From IMG/VR virus record IMGVR_UViG_3300021387_000147: a stretch of 64,000 bases of DNA; one strand, given 5' to 3'. Both the position numbers and the translations under genes were made by a program. This DNA comes from a virus (Duplodnaviria; Caudoviricetes). Below, piece after piece: positions 47,711-58,089 of this stretch (its first letter is position 1; each line of letters starts with the position of its first letter). Under the pieces are notes generated by a model, which saw only the letters and a program-made list of their open reading frames with translations, did no database searches and had not been told where the DNA came from.

Positions 47711-48592
47711 TTATTTTTCGAGTTTCTTTGAAATTGCGTCCATGCGGACCTGTTTCTTATATTCTTCTATATGATTTCTAATCTTCATTTTTAATGCACT
47801 CATGATGAATGGTTCTAACTTATCGAAACGATCTTCGTATAGTTTACCAATGATATAATCACTATCTTCATCTAGAGGCTGTCCTTTCTTATGATAGAAG
47901 TTGAAGTTTTCAGACTTGGTTTCATCTGCTGGTGCTTCTTCTGATGATTCACCTTCTCCACCTTCTGTGGATTCGCCTTCACCACCTTCAGAACTTTCTC
48001 CTTCACCACCTTCTGATTCACCACCTTCTGTAGATTCTCCTTCTCCTTCGCCGCCTTCGTCTCCTCCTTCAGAGGTTTCTTCAGCAGGAGCTTCTTCTCC
48101 ACCTTCTTCAGAACCAAAATCATCCATAGCAGCGTCATCACTACCTTCTGCAGGAGCTTCTTCACCGCCTTCATCACCAGTTTCAGCATTCATTGTATCA
48201 ATCTTGTCAGTCAATGCCTGAACTGCTGTTGTAAGAGTAGTTAAAACGTCCTTTAATTCGGTAGTATCTTCTGCTTCTTTTTCTACACCATCATCTGTCT
48301 GTGTTTCAGCTTCACCTTCACCTTCTCCGAAGTCATCCAAGTTTTCACCTGAATTATCTCCACCTTCTTCTGCTGGAGCATCTCCTTCTGTTGAGTCAGT
48401 TTCTGGTTGTTCATCACCACCTTCAGTATCGTCTTCTGATGGTTCTTCTGATAAATCTTTTTCTTCTTCAGATGCTGCATCTTCAGATGGAACATCTGCA
48501 GTTTCTAAATCATCATTACCGTCTAGGAAGCCTTCGTCTAGCTTTCCGTGACGTCTTTTCCATTCTTCAAATTTCTTTTGTTCTAAATTCAT
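47711..48592 (-). CDS. highly acidic protein, possible prohead core component
   Basis: E/G/D-rich repeats; TATAAATA upstream; LDE sites. Confidence 0.55.
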   Translation of the reverse strand: MNLEQKKFEEWKRRHGKLDEGFLDGNDDLETADVPSEDAASEEEKDLSEEPSEDDTEGGDEQPETDSTEGDAPAEEGGDNSGENLDDFGEGEGEAETQTDDGVEKEAEDTTELKDVLTTLTTAVQALTDKIDTMNAETGDEGGEEAPAEGSDDAAMDDFGSEEGGEEAPAEETSEGGDEGGEGEGESTEGGESEGGEGESSEGGEGESTEGGEGESSEEAPADETKSENFNFYHKKGQPLDEDSDYIIGKLYEDRFDKLEPFIMSALKMKIRNHIEEYKKQVRMDAISKKLEK

Positions 48593-48636
48593 AACGATTT
48601 TCCTCTTTACCTATATTTTATTTATATAACTTGCGT

Positions 48637-49050
48637 TTAGATGTTATTTTTGAATACTTCGTACTCTGGGGAATTATACAATTCGTCTAATTTAGCATCT
48701 AATTCTAAAGCCTTTGTGAATGAATCTGTTGAATTACATACGACTTTCTTAAAATCTGAGTAGTAATTTGCAAATAATACTTTGTAATTATTTGACATCT
48801 TAAACAAATCCATTACTGGGAAAGGTTTAACTGATTTTAATTCTTCTAAACCTTTCTTTGGAACGTCTTTCATAGCCTTTTCAGTGACCTTAATGGCGTT
48901 CTTTAAAATTTCATCTTTCTTTGCTTCTTCTTTACCTAGTTTCAATAAACGAGGAATAACAAGCAACCAAATAAATGGATTTCCTTCCATTTTTGAAAAA
49001 TTATCATTTTTCTTTTCGTTTTCTTTTAAAAAATTTCTAAATGATTGCAT
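48637..49050 (-). CDS. protein with T4-type capsid-targeting leader
   Basis: MQSFRNFLKE resembles T4 IP leader MKTYQEFIAE. Confidence 0.6.
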   Translation of the reverse strand: MQSFRNFLKENEKKNDNFSKMEGNPFIWLLVIPRLLKLGKEEAKKDEILKNAIKVTEKAMKDVPKKGLEELKSVKPFPVMDLFKMSNNYKVLFANYYSDFKKVVCNSTDSFTKALELDAKLDELYNSPEYEVFKNNI

Positions 49051-49052
49051 AC

Positions 49053-49427
49053 TTAATCCTTTTCATACTTAGCGGCAATTCTTTCAAGTGCAATTGCCAT
49101 AGTATTTAATGTTGCTTTTATTTCCTTTATATCAGACTTTACATCAATCTGTTCATTCTTGATATATTCAATATCTTTATCTTGTAATTCATTCTGCAAT
49201 TGTAATTCTTGAATAGCTGTTCTCTGTGCATCTACAGTTTCTTCAAGATTCGTGATTTTTTCAGCATAATTCTTACATTTAGCTACAAGATCAGCGTTTT
49301 CTTTATCACGCTTTTCTGCAGTACCTTTACGTTCGTACTTAATTACTAAATATACAATAACAATTGCTAGCAATGCGACTATTGCTAAAGGATTACCTGT
49401 TGCGATGATTTTTAAAGCCTGTTCCAT
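49053..49427 (-). CDS. single-TM coiled-coil protein (holin-like)
   Basis: hydrophobic LAIVALLAIVIVYLVI then heptad repeats; late promoter upstream. Confidence 0.5.
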   Translation of the reverse strand: MEQALKIIATGNPLAIVALLAIVIVYLVIKYERKGTAEKRDKENADLVAKCKNYAEKITNLEETVDAQRTAIQELQLQNELQDKDIEYIKNEQIDVKSDIKEIKATLNTMAIALERIAAKYEKD

Positions 49428-49461
49428 ATCCCTAACCTATATTATTTATAACTGTCGAAAT

Positions 49462-50337
49462 TTAACCATTATTTGGTTGTTTATCATTTTCCACAAAATA
49501 ATAATTAGTTATTTTTTGATTAAGCAGTTTTAGCTGTTCAGCAATATCTGCATTATCTTTATATTTGTCAGTTATGATATTTAATATAAGTTCTATGGAC
49601 TGCCACAATTCTACAATTGCAGCTTTTTGTCTTGAAGTTTCTTCTAATAGATTTGTATAAGATTCTTGTAATAGATTTACAGCACTTGTTTTTGCAAACC
49701 ATTCATGTTCAGGAACACATGGTTTTCCACCATACTTTTTATTTTCAATAGTGTACATTGGACGACCATTATCTAAGTAATATAGTAATTGTGTCACTGT
49801 ACTATTGAAACCTAGTGGATTTTCTGCTGAACCATCACCGATTAGTGAATATGGACTATCGTCTTGATCAACATATACTCTATTTTCATGTGCAGATAAT
49901 TCATCAATCTTATCTACTGTCCATGCAGAGAATGCTGATACATATCCTGATAATTCTGGAAGACCAGAAATTCCATTCCACATTGCACTATTTTCATATA
50001 CTGTTTCATAGCATGAATTCCATAAAGTTGCACTATATGGTAAATCCATTCCACTTATTGAAGATAAAGGACTTAAATCCAATCCTGATAAAGCAGATAC
50101 TGCACTGATATTATTCCAATTATCAATATCTTGCTGAGTCACACATACACAGTCATCTGGATGTGGAGGAGGACAACAACCCCAAGGACCAACTGATGCT
50201 GGTTCTGTATCATTCCATCCATGCCAACCTGCTGGCCATTGAGGCCAATATGGCCAATATCTTGGATATGAACCATCTTTGTGTGGTGGAGGATATGGAG
50301 GATAATGAGGATGTAATTCAAAATCTTCTTTGTTCAT
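49462..50337 (-). CDS. hypothetical late protein
   Basis: Pro/Trp-rich N-terminus; TATAAATA upstream. Confidence 0.65.
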   Translation of the reverse strand: MNKEDFELHPHYPPYPPPHKDGSYPRYWPYWPQWPAGWHGWNDTEPASVGPWGCCPPPHPDDCVCVTQQDIDNWNNISAVSALSGLDLSPLSSISGMDLPYSATLWNSCYETVYENSAMWNGISGLPELSGYVSAFSAWTVDKIDELSAHENRVYVDQDDSPYSLIGDGSAENPLGFNSTVTQLLYYLDNGRPMYTIENKKYGGKPCVPEHEWFAKTSAVNLLQESYTNLLEETSRQKAAIVELWQSIELILNIITDKYKDNADIAEQLKLLNQKITNYYFVENDKQPNNG

Positions 50338-50403
50338 ATCTTATTTATAATAATAAAAAAGAGGCGCATTTTTTGCACCTCTTATAAAATTATTTAATTT
50401 ATA

Positions 50404-51099
50404 TTAGACGTACTTTGCAGCGATGTCCTGATAGATTTCCTGACGTGTTTTCTGACGAGGCTTATCTTCAGTTGCTGGTGCTGCAGGAGCTGCGGGAGCT
50501 GGATTTGCTGCAGGAGCTGGTGTTGCATCTGTCTGAGCTGGAGTTGGAGCTGCAGCTGGTGCTGGTTCTCCTTCTGACTTAACAGGTTCTCTCATACGTC
50601 TGCGACCTGGGAAATTAGGTTCATCTCCACCATTTACTGGAGCTGGGCGTTCTAAACGCTGGCGACGAGTTGTAAATGAGTCATCATCACTTGGACGTGG
50701 ACGACGTCTTACAGGTGGAACATCATCATAGAAATCATCATCCTGATCTACTGGACGAGGTCTACGACGAACTGGTGGTTCAAATTCATCACGAACACGT
50801 GGTGGACGTTCATCATAATCATCATCGAAATCATCTGCTACGCGGCGACGTGGACGTGGTTCATAATCATCCTGATAACGTCTACGTGTTGGTGTAGTGT
50901 CAAAATCATCTGCATTATCAGTGACACCATCATTTGGCTTTACATAAGAATATCCAGCATCCTTTACAATGCGCTTTGCGCGAATCAAATTCATACGATC
51001 TTCACGTTCATAGTCGTAATCACGTGCTGGCTTCTTAATTGTATAACCGTTCTGACGAACGATTCTTTTTGCTCTTAGAATATCATTTATATTATCCAT
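50404..51099 (-). CDS. low-complexity R/D/P-rich protein with two AK..GY modules
   Basis: LRAKRIVRQNGY and IRAKRIVKDAGY; PPVRRRPRP repeats. Confidence 0.65.
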   Translation of the reverse strand: MDNINDILRAKRIVRQNGYTIKKPARDYDYEREDRMNLIRAKRIVKDAGYSYVKPNDGVTDNADDFDTTPTRRRYQDDYEPRPRRRVADDFDDDYDERPPRVRDEFEPPVRRRPRPVDQDDDFYDDVPPVRRRPRPSDDDSFTTRRQRLERPAPVNGGDEPNFPGRRRMREPVKSEGEPAPAAAPTPAQTDATPAPAANPAPAAPAAPATEDKPRQKTRQEIYQDIAAKYV

Positions 51100-51134
51100 A
51101 ATTTATTCACCTCATTTTAAGTTGTTTAAAATAG

Positions 51135-52643
51135 TTAGTATTTGCGAACAATATTTTGTTCATTATACATATTATTTATAGTACTCCAAATCTGTTTGCA
51201 GCGAACTGCTAAACCAGAATTTGGATCTTCTGAAATTCTTATTGAAGCTTCAGTCTGATTTATTAACTCACCAGTATCAGGATCAACAATTGTTTCATCA
51301 TTACTAATATCTGAACCATCAGTCATATAATCAATTACTGGAGTATAATTTGGAACGTCTACTGGAGTATACTTTGGTAAATTATCTAACAAAATATAAT
51401 CACATCCATCTTTAACGTATACATTACCTTCATCATCAATAAATGTATGACTTAAAATCCAAGATCTGCTATATTTATTACCCGAACTTTTTTGATTTAG
51501 TCCGATATAAATTGTCTTACTTGGCTTAGCTTTCAATGTTGTAGTTTTCTTGGTCTTCTTTTCATAAAAAGCATTTACTATAGTATCACTATTTGTTAAA
51601 TACTTCTTATACATTTTCTTTGCTGTCCATTGACCGGTCTTTATACCATTTACTGCAGCCTTAGTACTATCCCATGCATTCTTAATATCTCTTCCAGATA
51701 ATTGACCAGGGAATACATGTGATGCATTTTCATATCCTTTAAATCCAACCTTAACTTCTGTTGGATTGACCATAATCTGATTTAATTGGTCAATGTTATC
51801 AATAACATCTTGACATATTTCTCTCATTGCTTCTACAGTTGAAACAATTGAAGCCTTAAATTCAGGGTCTAATTCATAAGTATCTCCGACCTGAACTAAG
51901 TGAACTGTTGCTAATACATCATTGAAGAAGTTCTGTGCAGTAGAAATTTCTGCACATGGGTTTAAATCAATGTTAATTTCACTATCAAGTTCTGAGAAAT
52001 TGGTACCAAATGCACAGTTAAAGAATCTAATCAATGCATTTAAGAAATCACATAAACCTTGATCCATGACAATATGAAGATAAGTGTCTAATTGGCCATT
52101 CAATATCTTCAATTTCTTTCCTAATAATTTATTATAGTTAATAGCACTTAATTTGAAAGTCTTTAATGATAGCTTAATAGCATCAATAGAGAATTCAATA
52201 CCAAATGAACTATTACATATAATATCTCTGAACTTCATATAGTCACCAATTAAATCACTTAAATGGTCTGCTATATTTTTCTGAGATTCACTTACACATT
52301 GATTTAATACATTCTTTTTAACTGATTTATAAAATGCAGAACCACTATCTAATAATTCTTGTAGAAGAGCCAAACAGTTCCACATATCATCACAAAGAAT
52401 AGGAATTTTTCCTGGTCCATCTATCAGCAACGGTTTTATATTCTTACGAATATCTTCTATAGACTGATTAATCTTTTTAACTGCGTCAGACATAGTTAAG
52501 CGGATGACATTCTTTATGCCATCTGCTACCTTAATCAATTTCTTAACATATTCCTTACATATCTTTTCAATCTTTTCAATAGCTTTCTTTAGCTTCTGAA
52601 AAGTTGAATATATGTAATCACATAATACGTCAGTTAAACCCAT
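51135..52643 (-). CDS. hypothetical tail-associated protein
   Basis: 502 aa, coupled to tube genes. Confidence 0.65.
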   Translation of the reverse strand: MGLTDVLCDYIYSTFQKLKKAIEKIEKICKEYVKKLIKVADGIKNVIRLTMSDAVKKINQSIEDIRKNIKPLLIDGPGKIPILCDDMWNCLALLQELLDSGSAFYKSVKKNVLNQCVSESQKNIADHLSDLIGDYMKFRDIICNSSFGIEFSIDAIKLSLKTFKLSAINYNKLLGKKLKILNGQLDTYLHIVMDQGLCDFLNALIRFFNCAFGTNFSELDSEINIDLNPCAEISTAQNFFNDVLATVHLVQVGDTYELDPEFKASIVSTVEAMREICQDVIDNIDQLNQIMVNPTEVKVGFKGYENASHVFPGQLSGRDIKNAWDSTKAAVNGIKTGQWTAKKMYKKYLTNSDTIVNAFYEKKTKKTTTLKAKPSKTIYIGLNQKSSGNKYSRSWILSHTFIDDEGNVYVKDGCDYILLDNLPKYTPVDVPNYTPVIDYMTDGSDISNDETIVDPDTGELINQTEASIRISEDPNSGLAVRCKQIWSTINNMYNEQNIVRKY

Positions 52644-53296
52644 TAAACACTCACTATACTTGCTTTACCACTATTCAATGAAATAGCGCCAGTTTTTGCT
52701 GTTGGTGCTGATGCAGATTGATCACCTTGCATTGCATTAACTACTCCATCTGGAACACCTGCAGCACCTTCATTAGGATTGTCTTTAGTCCAGAAATCAT
52801 AATGATATGAAAGTGAACATTTAATCATTTCTTCACCTTCATAAGACATTTGACCCATATCAAAATTTGTTAGAATACAATTTATATATGTGTATGTTGT
52901 AGTAGGCTGTAATTTTCTATCTCTCATTGTAAGTTTGATACTATCAAAAGTCATATCACGTTCAACATGTGGAAATGCCATTCTATTCTGTTGTAAACGT
53001 GCTAAGAAATTATAGATACCTTGATTTTCATCTTCTACACGAACATAGAATTGTAGTGTAGTATCACCAGAATACTTACGATTTATTGGATAAGAGCGTT
53101 CAGTACCTAAAAACATTTGTGTCACATATTGTGTTTCATATTTAGGTAAATCAATACTGATAGGCACCAAATTCTTAATTTGTTCATGCATATCTTCTCC
53201 ATGACGAGAAAGGAAAGTTATATCAAATAACCATCCTGGCTGTGGATCAGATAAAATCTCCATTCCGATTGCACCATTTTCCCAAATTGAATTCAT
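52643..53296 (-). CDS. tail tube-like protein (gp19/gp54 family)
   Basis: IDLP, TTLQFY, YTYINC, MSYE, CSLSYHYDFW. Confidence 0.75.
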   Translation of the reverse strand: MNSIWENGAIGMEILSDPQPGWLFDITFLSRHGEDMHEQIKNLVPISIDLPKYETQYVTQMFLGTERSYPINRKYSGDTTLQFYVRVEDENQGIYNFLARLQQNRMAFPHVERDMTFDSIKLTMRDRKLQPTTTYTYINCILTNFDMGQMSYEGEEMIKCSLSYHYDFWTKDNPNEGAAGVPDGVVNAMQGDQSASAPTAKTGAISLNSGKASIVSV

Positions 53297-53297
53297 A

Positions 53298-53921
53298 CTA
53301 TGCCATTACTCCAGCTAAATCATTTGTTATAGTTTGTGTTGGATTTGTCACCTTCATATAATCAAATGAGAATGTTGCGCTCAATTTCATAACTTCATCT
53401 GAAGTATAATTAAATTCTGTTTCTCCAATTTGCATTAGCTTACAATTATAGAAAGTAATTATCTTAGATACAAAATTATCAGCACAATCTAAACCATATT
53501 CATAATTATCATTTGGCTTTAAAATCTTTATTATAATTTTATTATCGCCATTTTGATAACGATATATAGGATTTGTTGTTTCAGGTTTACCACCTTCTGG
53601 CCAATCTTGATTCATTGCAGTTCTATTCCATAAAGCTTGTAATGCTTGTGTGACATCCAAATTCTCATTTTCATTGAAATCGATAGTCAATTGATCTGCA
53701 TTATCAGCACGAGCAAGATGCATAAAAGTAACACCACCAAAATATGTTGGTATTACTGATGCTTTACGTTCAGCAATCTTTCCTGATGTTGCTGCCTTAT
53801 GTAATAAAGTTTGTGCATATTCTGGTAAATCAGAATATTGATTCCAAACAACCTCAAATGCCCATAATGGTTGAGGTGGTTTTTCATAGAAATCATTTGA
53901 CCAAATTGATTGTATTCCCAT
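53298..53921 (-). CDS. tail tube-like protein (gp19 family)
   Basis: LTIDFNE, FYNC..IGETEFNY, LSATFSFDY. Confidence 0.75.
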   Translation of the reverse strand: MGIQSIWSNDFYEKPPQPLWAFEVVWNQYSDLPEYAQTLLHKAATSGKIAERKASVIPTYFGGVTFMHLARADNADQLTIDFNENENLDVTQALQALWNRTAMNQDWPEGGKPETTNPIYRYQNGDNKIIIKILKPNDNYEYGLDCADNFVSKIITFYNCKLMQIGETEFNYTSDEVMKLSATFSFDYMKVTNPTQTITNDLAGVMA

Positions 53922-53928
53922 ACTTTAT

Positions 53929-54717
53929 TTATACTACTAAATCGATAGCGCTATCTCTTGGATCTATATCTGAATTTACTGTATCTTTATGCGTAATAAT
54001 GAATTTACCAACATCTACGAAATTCTTTGTTTTAAATACTCGTAAATCTCCATTATAATGTTCTTTTAAGAATGGTATTAACTTTGTATCAATACGCCAT
54101 AGATAATTTGCATGTTCTTTTGGACGGCATGCATACATTTTAGAATCCGTAATCATTAAAATTTTATATGAATTAGGATTTACCAATGTATATCTATAGA
54201 ATGCTTCAGAAATATCTGGATAACAAATTGTTCTCCAATCATCCATGACTAAGATACCATTTGGTGATATAAATTGATCTGCCAATTTTAAATCTTCAAA
54301 TGCATTATATCCAGAGTGACCAGCATCTATATGTAGAAATCTTGTATTATTTCTATAATTAGTAGTCAATCCATCTTCATGTGTGACTTTAGTACTATCA
54401 ATATATTCTGTCTGTTTAGGTACCAAATCTACATAAGATAAAGAAATATTGGAAGTTTTCTTAATAGAATTTAATACAGTTGTTTTCATTCCTTCTTCAT
54501 TTAAAAGATGGTCAATACCTAAAACATGTTCTCCACCTTTCTTATGTTGAGCTAACTTACATAGACTCTTACCTTTAAATACACCAAATTCTACCAAATT
54601 ACCATATACGTTTTCTTCATTTTGTAATGATAAAAACCAATCCCATGTATATTGGTCTAATGGTTTAAAATAACCTTCTACAGTATCAATTTTTTCATTT
54701 ATATCTTTAAAGTCCAT
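53929..54717 (-). CDS. class I SAM-dependent methyltransferase
   Basis: VEFGVFKGKS, LHIDAGHS, GILVMDD. Confidence 0.85.
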   Translation of the reverse strand: MDFKDINEKIDTVEGYFKPLDQYTWDWFLSLQNEENVYGNLVEFGVFKGKSLCKLAQHKKGGEHVLGIDHLLNEEGMKTTVLNSIKKTSNISLSYVDLVPKQTEYIDSTKVTHEDGLTTNYRNNTRFLHIDAGHSGYNAFEDLKLADQFISPNGILVMDDWRTICYPDISEAFYRYTLVNPNSYKILMITDSKMYACRPKEHANYLWRIDTKLIPFLKEHYNGDLRVFKTKNFVDVGKFIITHKDTVNSDIDPRDSAIDLVV

Positions 54718-54802
54718 AATCTACCTATTTAATTTTATTCCTAAAATATAAAAAAGTCTAAGACTTTTGGTCTTAGACTTTAATAAATTATTTCTAATTT
54801 TC

Positions 54803-57800
54803 TTATTCTTCTTCAATAACCATTGATTTGTCTTTTTCGATAAAGATCTTAACATCAATGAATTCAATTGCTTCTGCAGGTAGAACCTTAATAGAAACAT
54901 TCATAATATGTGGATCATCCTTATCTTCAGTGACTGAAGTTGCATAAGCTAGAATACCTTCACCAGCCTTTACTCTATTCAAGAAGGAATCGATTACGTT
55001 CTTTGCTGAAGCACGAGTATTTGGTGTGTTCTGCTGGAATAGATATGGTTCCAATGCATACTTCAAGTTCTTTTCGATGAAGTTCAAACATCTACGAACG
55101 TTAATTCTATTCAATGAAGAGTTCTTCTTTAATGCAGTCTTCTGACCATATAGACATTCGCCATAAGCTGGACCACAATTCTTTGATGTATTGATATTGT
55201 TAATATACAATTCACCAACTTCATTGTCGGTTAGCTTCTTCAACTGACCATGTGTATATGTGATTTGACCTCTCTGAACACCTGCTGGAGCCATCCATGT
55301 TGCAACGTAGTTATCACAGTATGCCATTACGCATGCACCTGCAACTGACTTAGGTAGATAAATCCATGCACCAACATCACTGTTGTAGTATTTATCATAA
55401 CCTGCATACATTGCTACATAAGTACCATTATTGAATGAGAACTGCTTACCATCTGCTACCATCTGTTTTACAGTCTTATCATCCTTAGCAGTAACCTGAA
55501 TTACACCAATATCCATTGTTCTGTCAGCTGCAATTTGACCGATTGTTCTCTGGTGAGCAATATACTTCTGAGCTCTTGCACCGAAGGATTCAATTGCTTC
55601 ACAGTTGAATAGAATATCAATATCTGCTAAGTTAACATCACGATATAGTGACAATGCTGCAGTCTTTTCCTTGATTTCATTCTTCTGAGAGTTCTTACCA
55701 CCAGTTAACTGATAGATAGCGTAAGTCTGTTTTGGTTGCTGATATTTTGAACCAGCTTTTGCAACAGATGCTGATGCTCTTGAAACGTAGATATAATCAG
55801 AGTGACCATTAACTACTGTTGGAGCATACAATGAATTACCTTCAGTGTCCTTAGCGTATGGATCTAGAGAAACAAACCATGATTCAATTGGATCCTTTGT
55901 CAAAGCTTCCATACCATTACCCCAAGCTAACTTAGCGGTCTGTGATGGAGTCTTTGCATATACGTTAATACGGAATACCTTCTTCCAAGTTAAATCACGA
56001 GAGTTTTCATCCCATCCTTCTGGGTCTGCATCTACCAAGTCTTCATCATCATACTTATACTTCCACATGAAAGCATTTCTGTGATTTAGAGCTTCGATTT
56101 CAGAACATTCAGCAGTGATGATTGATACACCAATATCATTACCATACTTACCTGGACCAAGAGATGCGATAACAAACTGACCATCGAAGTTTGACTGATA
56201 ATGTTCAATATCACCATTACCTGGTTCATCTTCAGTTGAAGTTTCCAATGTATAACCATCTGCATAAGTCTTATCAACAGAGTTGAATAAGTAAGATGAT
56301 GGTTGTGCAACAATTGGATTAACTCTGATTACTTCTTCATATTTCATTTCATCATTGTAAATATGAGCTTCATAATCTTCCTGAATTGGTAACTGAGCTA
56401 ATTCTGGGAATTCAGCCTTGAATACAGAAACGATTGACTGCTTTGGTGATTCTTTTTCAGAATATAACCAGAACAAATCTTTTTCGATATGCTGTGGTTC
56501 ATTTGTATCTGATGTGATGTCTTCTACAACAATCTTTTCAATTACATCATTTTCCTTAATATCGAAGTACTTCATGTAATAATAGCTATTCAATTCAGAT
56601 ACATCACCTAAACCATATTCGTTAGCCATATCCATGACAATCTTCTTTGGAGTACGTGTATCAAAAATTGGATCAACTTCGTCCTTATTATCATTTAGAT
56701 ACATTGCAGAACATGCAGAACAGAATACTAGATGCTTATCTGGATCTGGTTCACCGTCTAATTCATGTTGACCTGCTAATGCAAATGTATTGTCTTGACG
56801 ACCATATTCTTTGAAGTAGATACCATAAGCTGGACCAATTTCTTCTTCATTAATGAAATCACTATCAACATAGTAAGATTTTCTTACTGATACGTCATCC
56901 CAGTCTAGTAATTCCCACTTCTGACATTCTAATAGACCATATCCAGAAGCATTAAATTCATCTTCAGATTTAACTACTTCATCCAAAGCAGTATAATTAT
57001 CTGGAATATAGAACATCTTAGACTTGAACAAATCAGAATAACCGATTGTCTTTGACTTATCATCTGCATTCTGAATTCCTGATACTGCAGAATATTCAGC
57101 TACATACTGAACTCTATGATTGATACCATCAACTGTATCTTTACTTGGAACAGTGAAAGAAATCTTTACACCTTCGTGTGCAGATAATGCTGAATTAGAC
57201 TTATCAGTCATCTTAGTATTACTTACAACAATATCAGCATACTGTAAATTATCACCTTTATCCCATGGATCATTTCTAATCATTAAGTTAGTATCTAACT
57301 TTAATGTATTACCACTAACGTCAACTAATGTAGGATAAACAACGTGTTTACCTTCTTCTGCAACGTTATTTGGACCAATCTTAAATACAATATTTTCAGT
57401 TCTTTCTGTCTTAATATCTGTGATATTTGCCCATAAAGCTTCTTGCTTTAGAGAATAACCAGAAGTTGCAGAAGTTGCAGCTTCATCAACAATCCATTCT
57501 GCTGTTTTCTGTCCAAGAATTTTATCATTATATTCTTTAATTAAGTTTGTTGTGACAGTTACATTATCTAATTGCTGTACTAGCTTTAGATCTGATGTAC
57601 CTTCATTATCATTAAACTTAAATACAGCAGTATCTTTTGAAAGATTCTGACCCTTAGATGATGCATTAGGGAATGCATACTGAATTTGGGAATACTGTTC
57701 ATCACCCATTGTAGCACGGACTGCATACAACTGATTTGAGTTTGCCAAATAGTTTTCTGCTGCAAAGTGACCATAATCGTCAAGTGCTTCAGGAGGTCCA

Positions 57801-57967
57801 AAGATTTCCTTGAATTCTCCATAATTACGAGAGACAGTTCTCATGTTAACTGGTCCCTTGTTTGACTTTATAGCAATTGCACCGATACCAATACCTGGTT
57901 CTGATACAGTTCTAATAGAATTGTCAATTTCTGTAAAATTGATTTTAGGCACTGTATATTTTGCCAT
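54803..57967 (-). CDS. tail sheath protein (gp18-like) with large insertion
   Basis: PKINFTEIDNS, KGPVN, PGKYGNDI, WMAPAGVQRG, YGQKT, RINVRR. Confidence 0.92.
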   Translation of the reverse strand: MAKYTVPKINFTEIDNSIRTVSEPGIGIGAIAIKSNKGPVNMRTVSRNYGEFKEIFGPPEALDDYGHFAAENYLANSNQLYAVRATMGDEQYSQIQYAFPNASSKGQNLSKDTAVFKFNDNEGTSDLKLVQQLDNVTVTTNLIKEYNDKILGQKTAEWIVDEAATSATSGYSLKQEALWANITDIKTERTENIVFKIGPNNVAEEGKHVVYPTLVDVSGNTLKLDTNLMIRNDPWDKGDNLQYADIVVSNTKMTDKSNSALSAHEGVKISFTVPSKDTVDGINHRVQYVAEYSAVSGIQNADDKSKTIGYSDLFKSKMFYIPDNYTALDEVVKSEDEFNASGYGLLECQKWELLDWDDVSVRKSYYVDSDFINEEEIGPAYGIYFKEYGRQDNTFALAGQHELDGEPDPDKHLVFCSACSAMYLNDNKDEVDPIFDTRTPKKIVMDMANEYGLGDVSELNSYYYMKYFDIKENDVIEKIVVEDITSDTNEPQHIEKDLFWLYSEKESPKQSIVSVFKAEFPELAQLPIQEDYEAHIYNDEMKYEEVIRVNPIVAQPSSYLFNSVDKTYADGYTLETSTEDEPGNGDIEHYQSNFDGQFVIASLGPGKYGNDIGVSIITAECSEIEALNHRNAFMWKYKYDDEDLVDADPEGWDENSRDLTWKKVFRINVYAKTPSQTAKLAWGNGMEALTKDPIESWFVSLDPYAKDTEGNSLYAPTVVNGHSDYIYVSRASASVAKAGSKYQQPKQTYAIYQLTGGKNSQKNEIKEKTAALSLYRDVNLADIDILFNCEAIESFGARAQKYIAHQRTIGQIAADRTMDIGVIQVTAKDDKTVKQMVADGKQFSFNNGTYVAMYAGYDKYYNSDVGAWIYLPKSVAGACVMAYCDNYVATWMAPAGVQRGQITYTHGQLKKLTDNEVGELYINNINTSKNCGPAYGECLYGQKTALKKNSSLNRINVRRCLNFIEKNLKYALEPYLFQQNTPNTRASAKNVIDSFLNRVKAGEGILAYATSVTEDKDDPHIMNVSIKVLPAEAIEFIDVKIFIEKDKSMVIEEE

Positions 57968-58089
57968 ATTTTACCTCTTAAAATAAATTAAATAAACTTT
58001 GTATCACTCACTCACAACTTTCTATTATCCTATATTTTATTTATATCAATCATTTTAAGTATTTTGACAATAAAAAAGAGTGATTTTCA

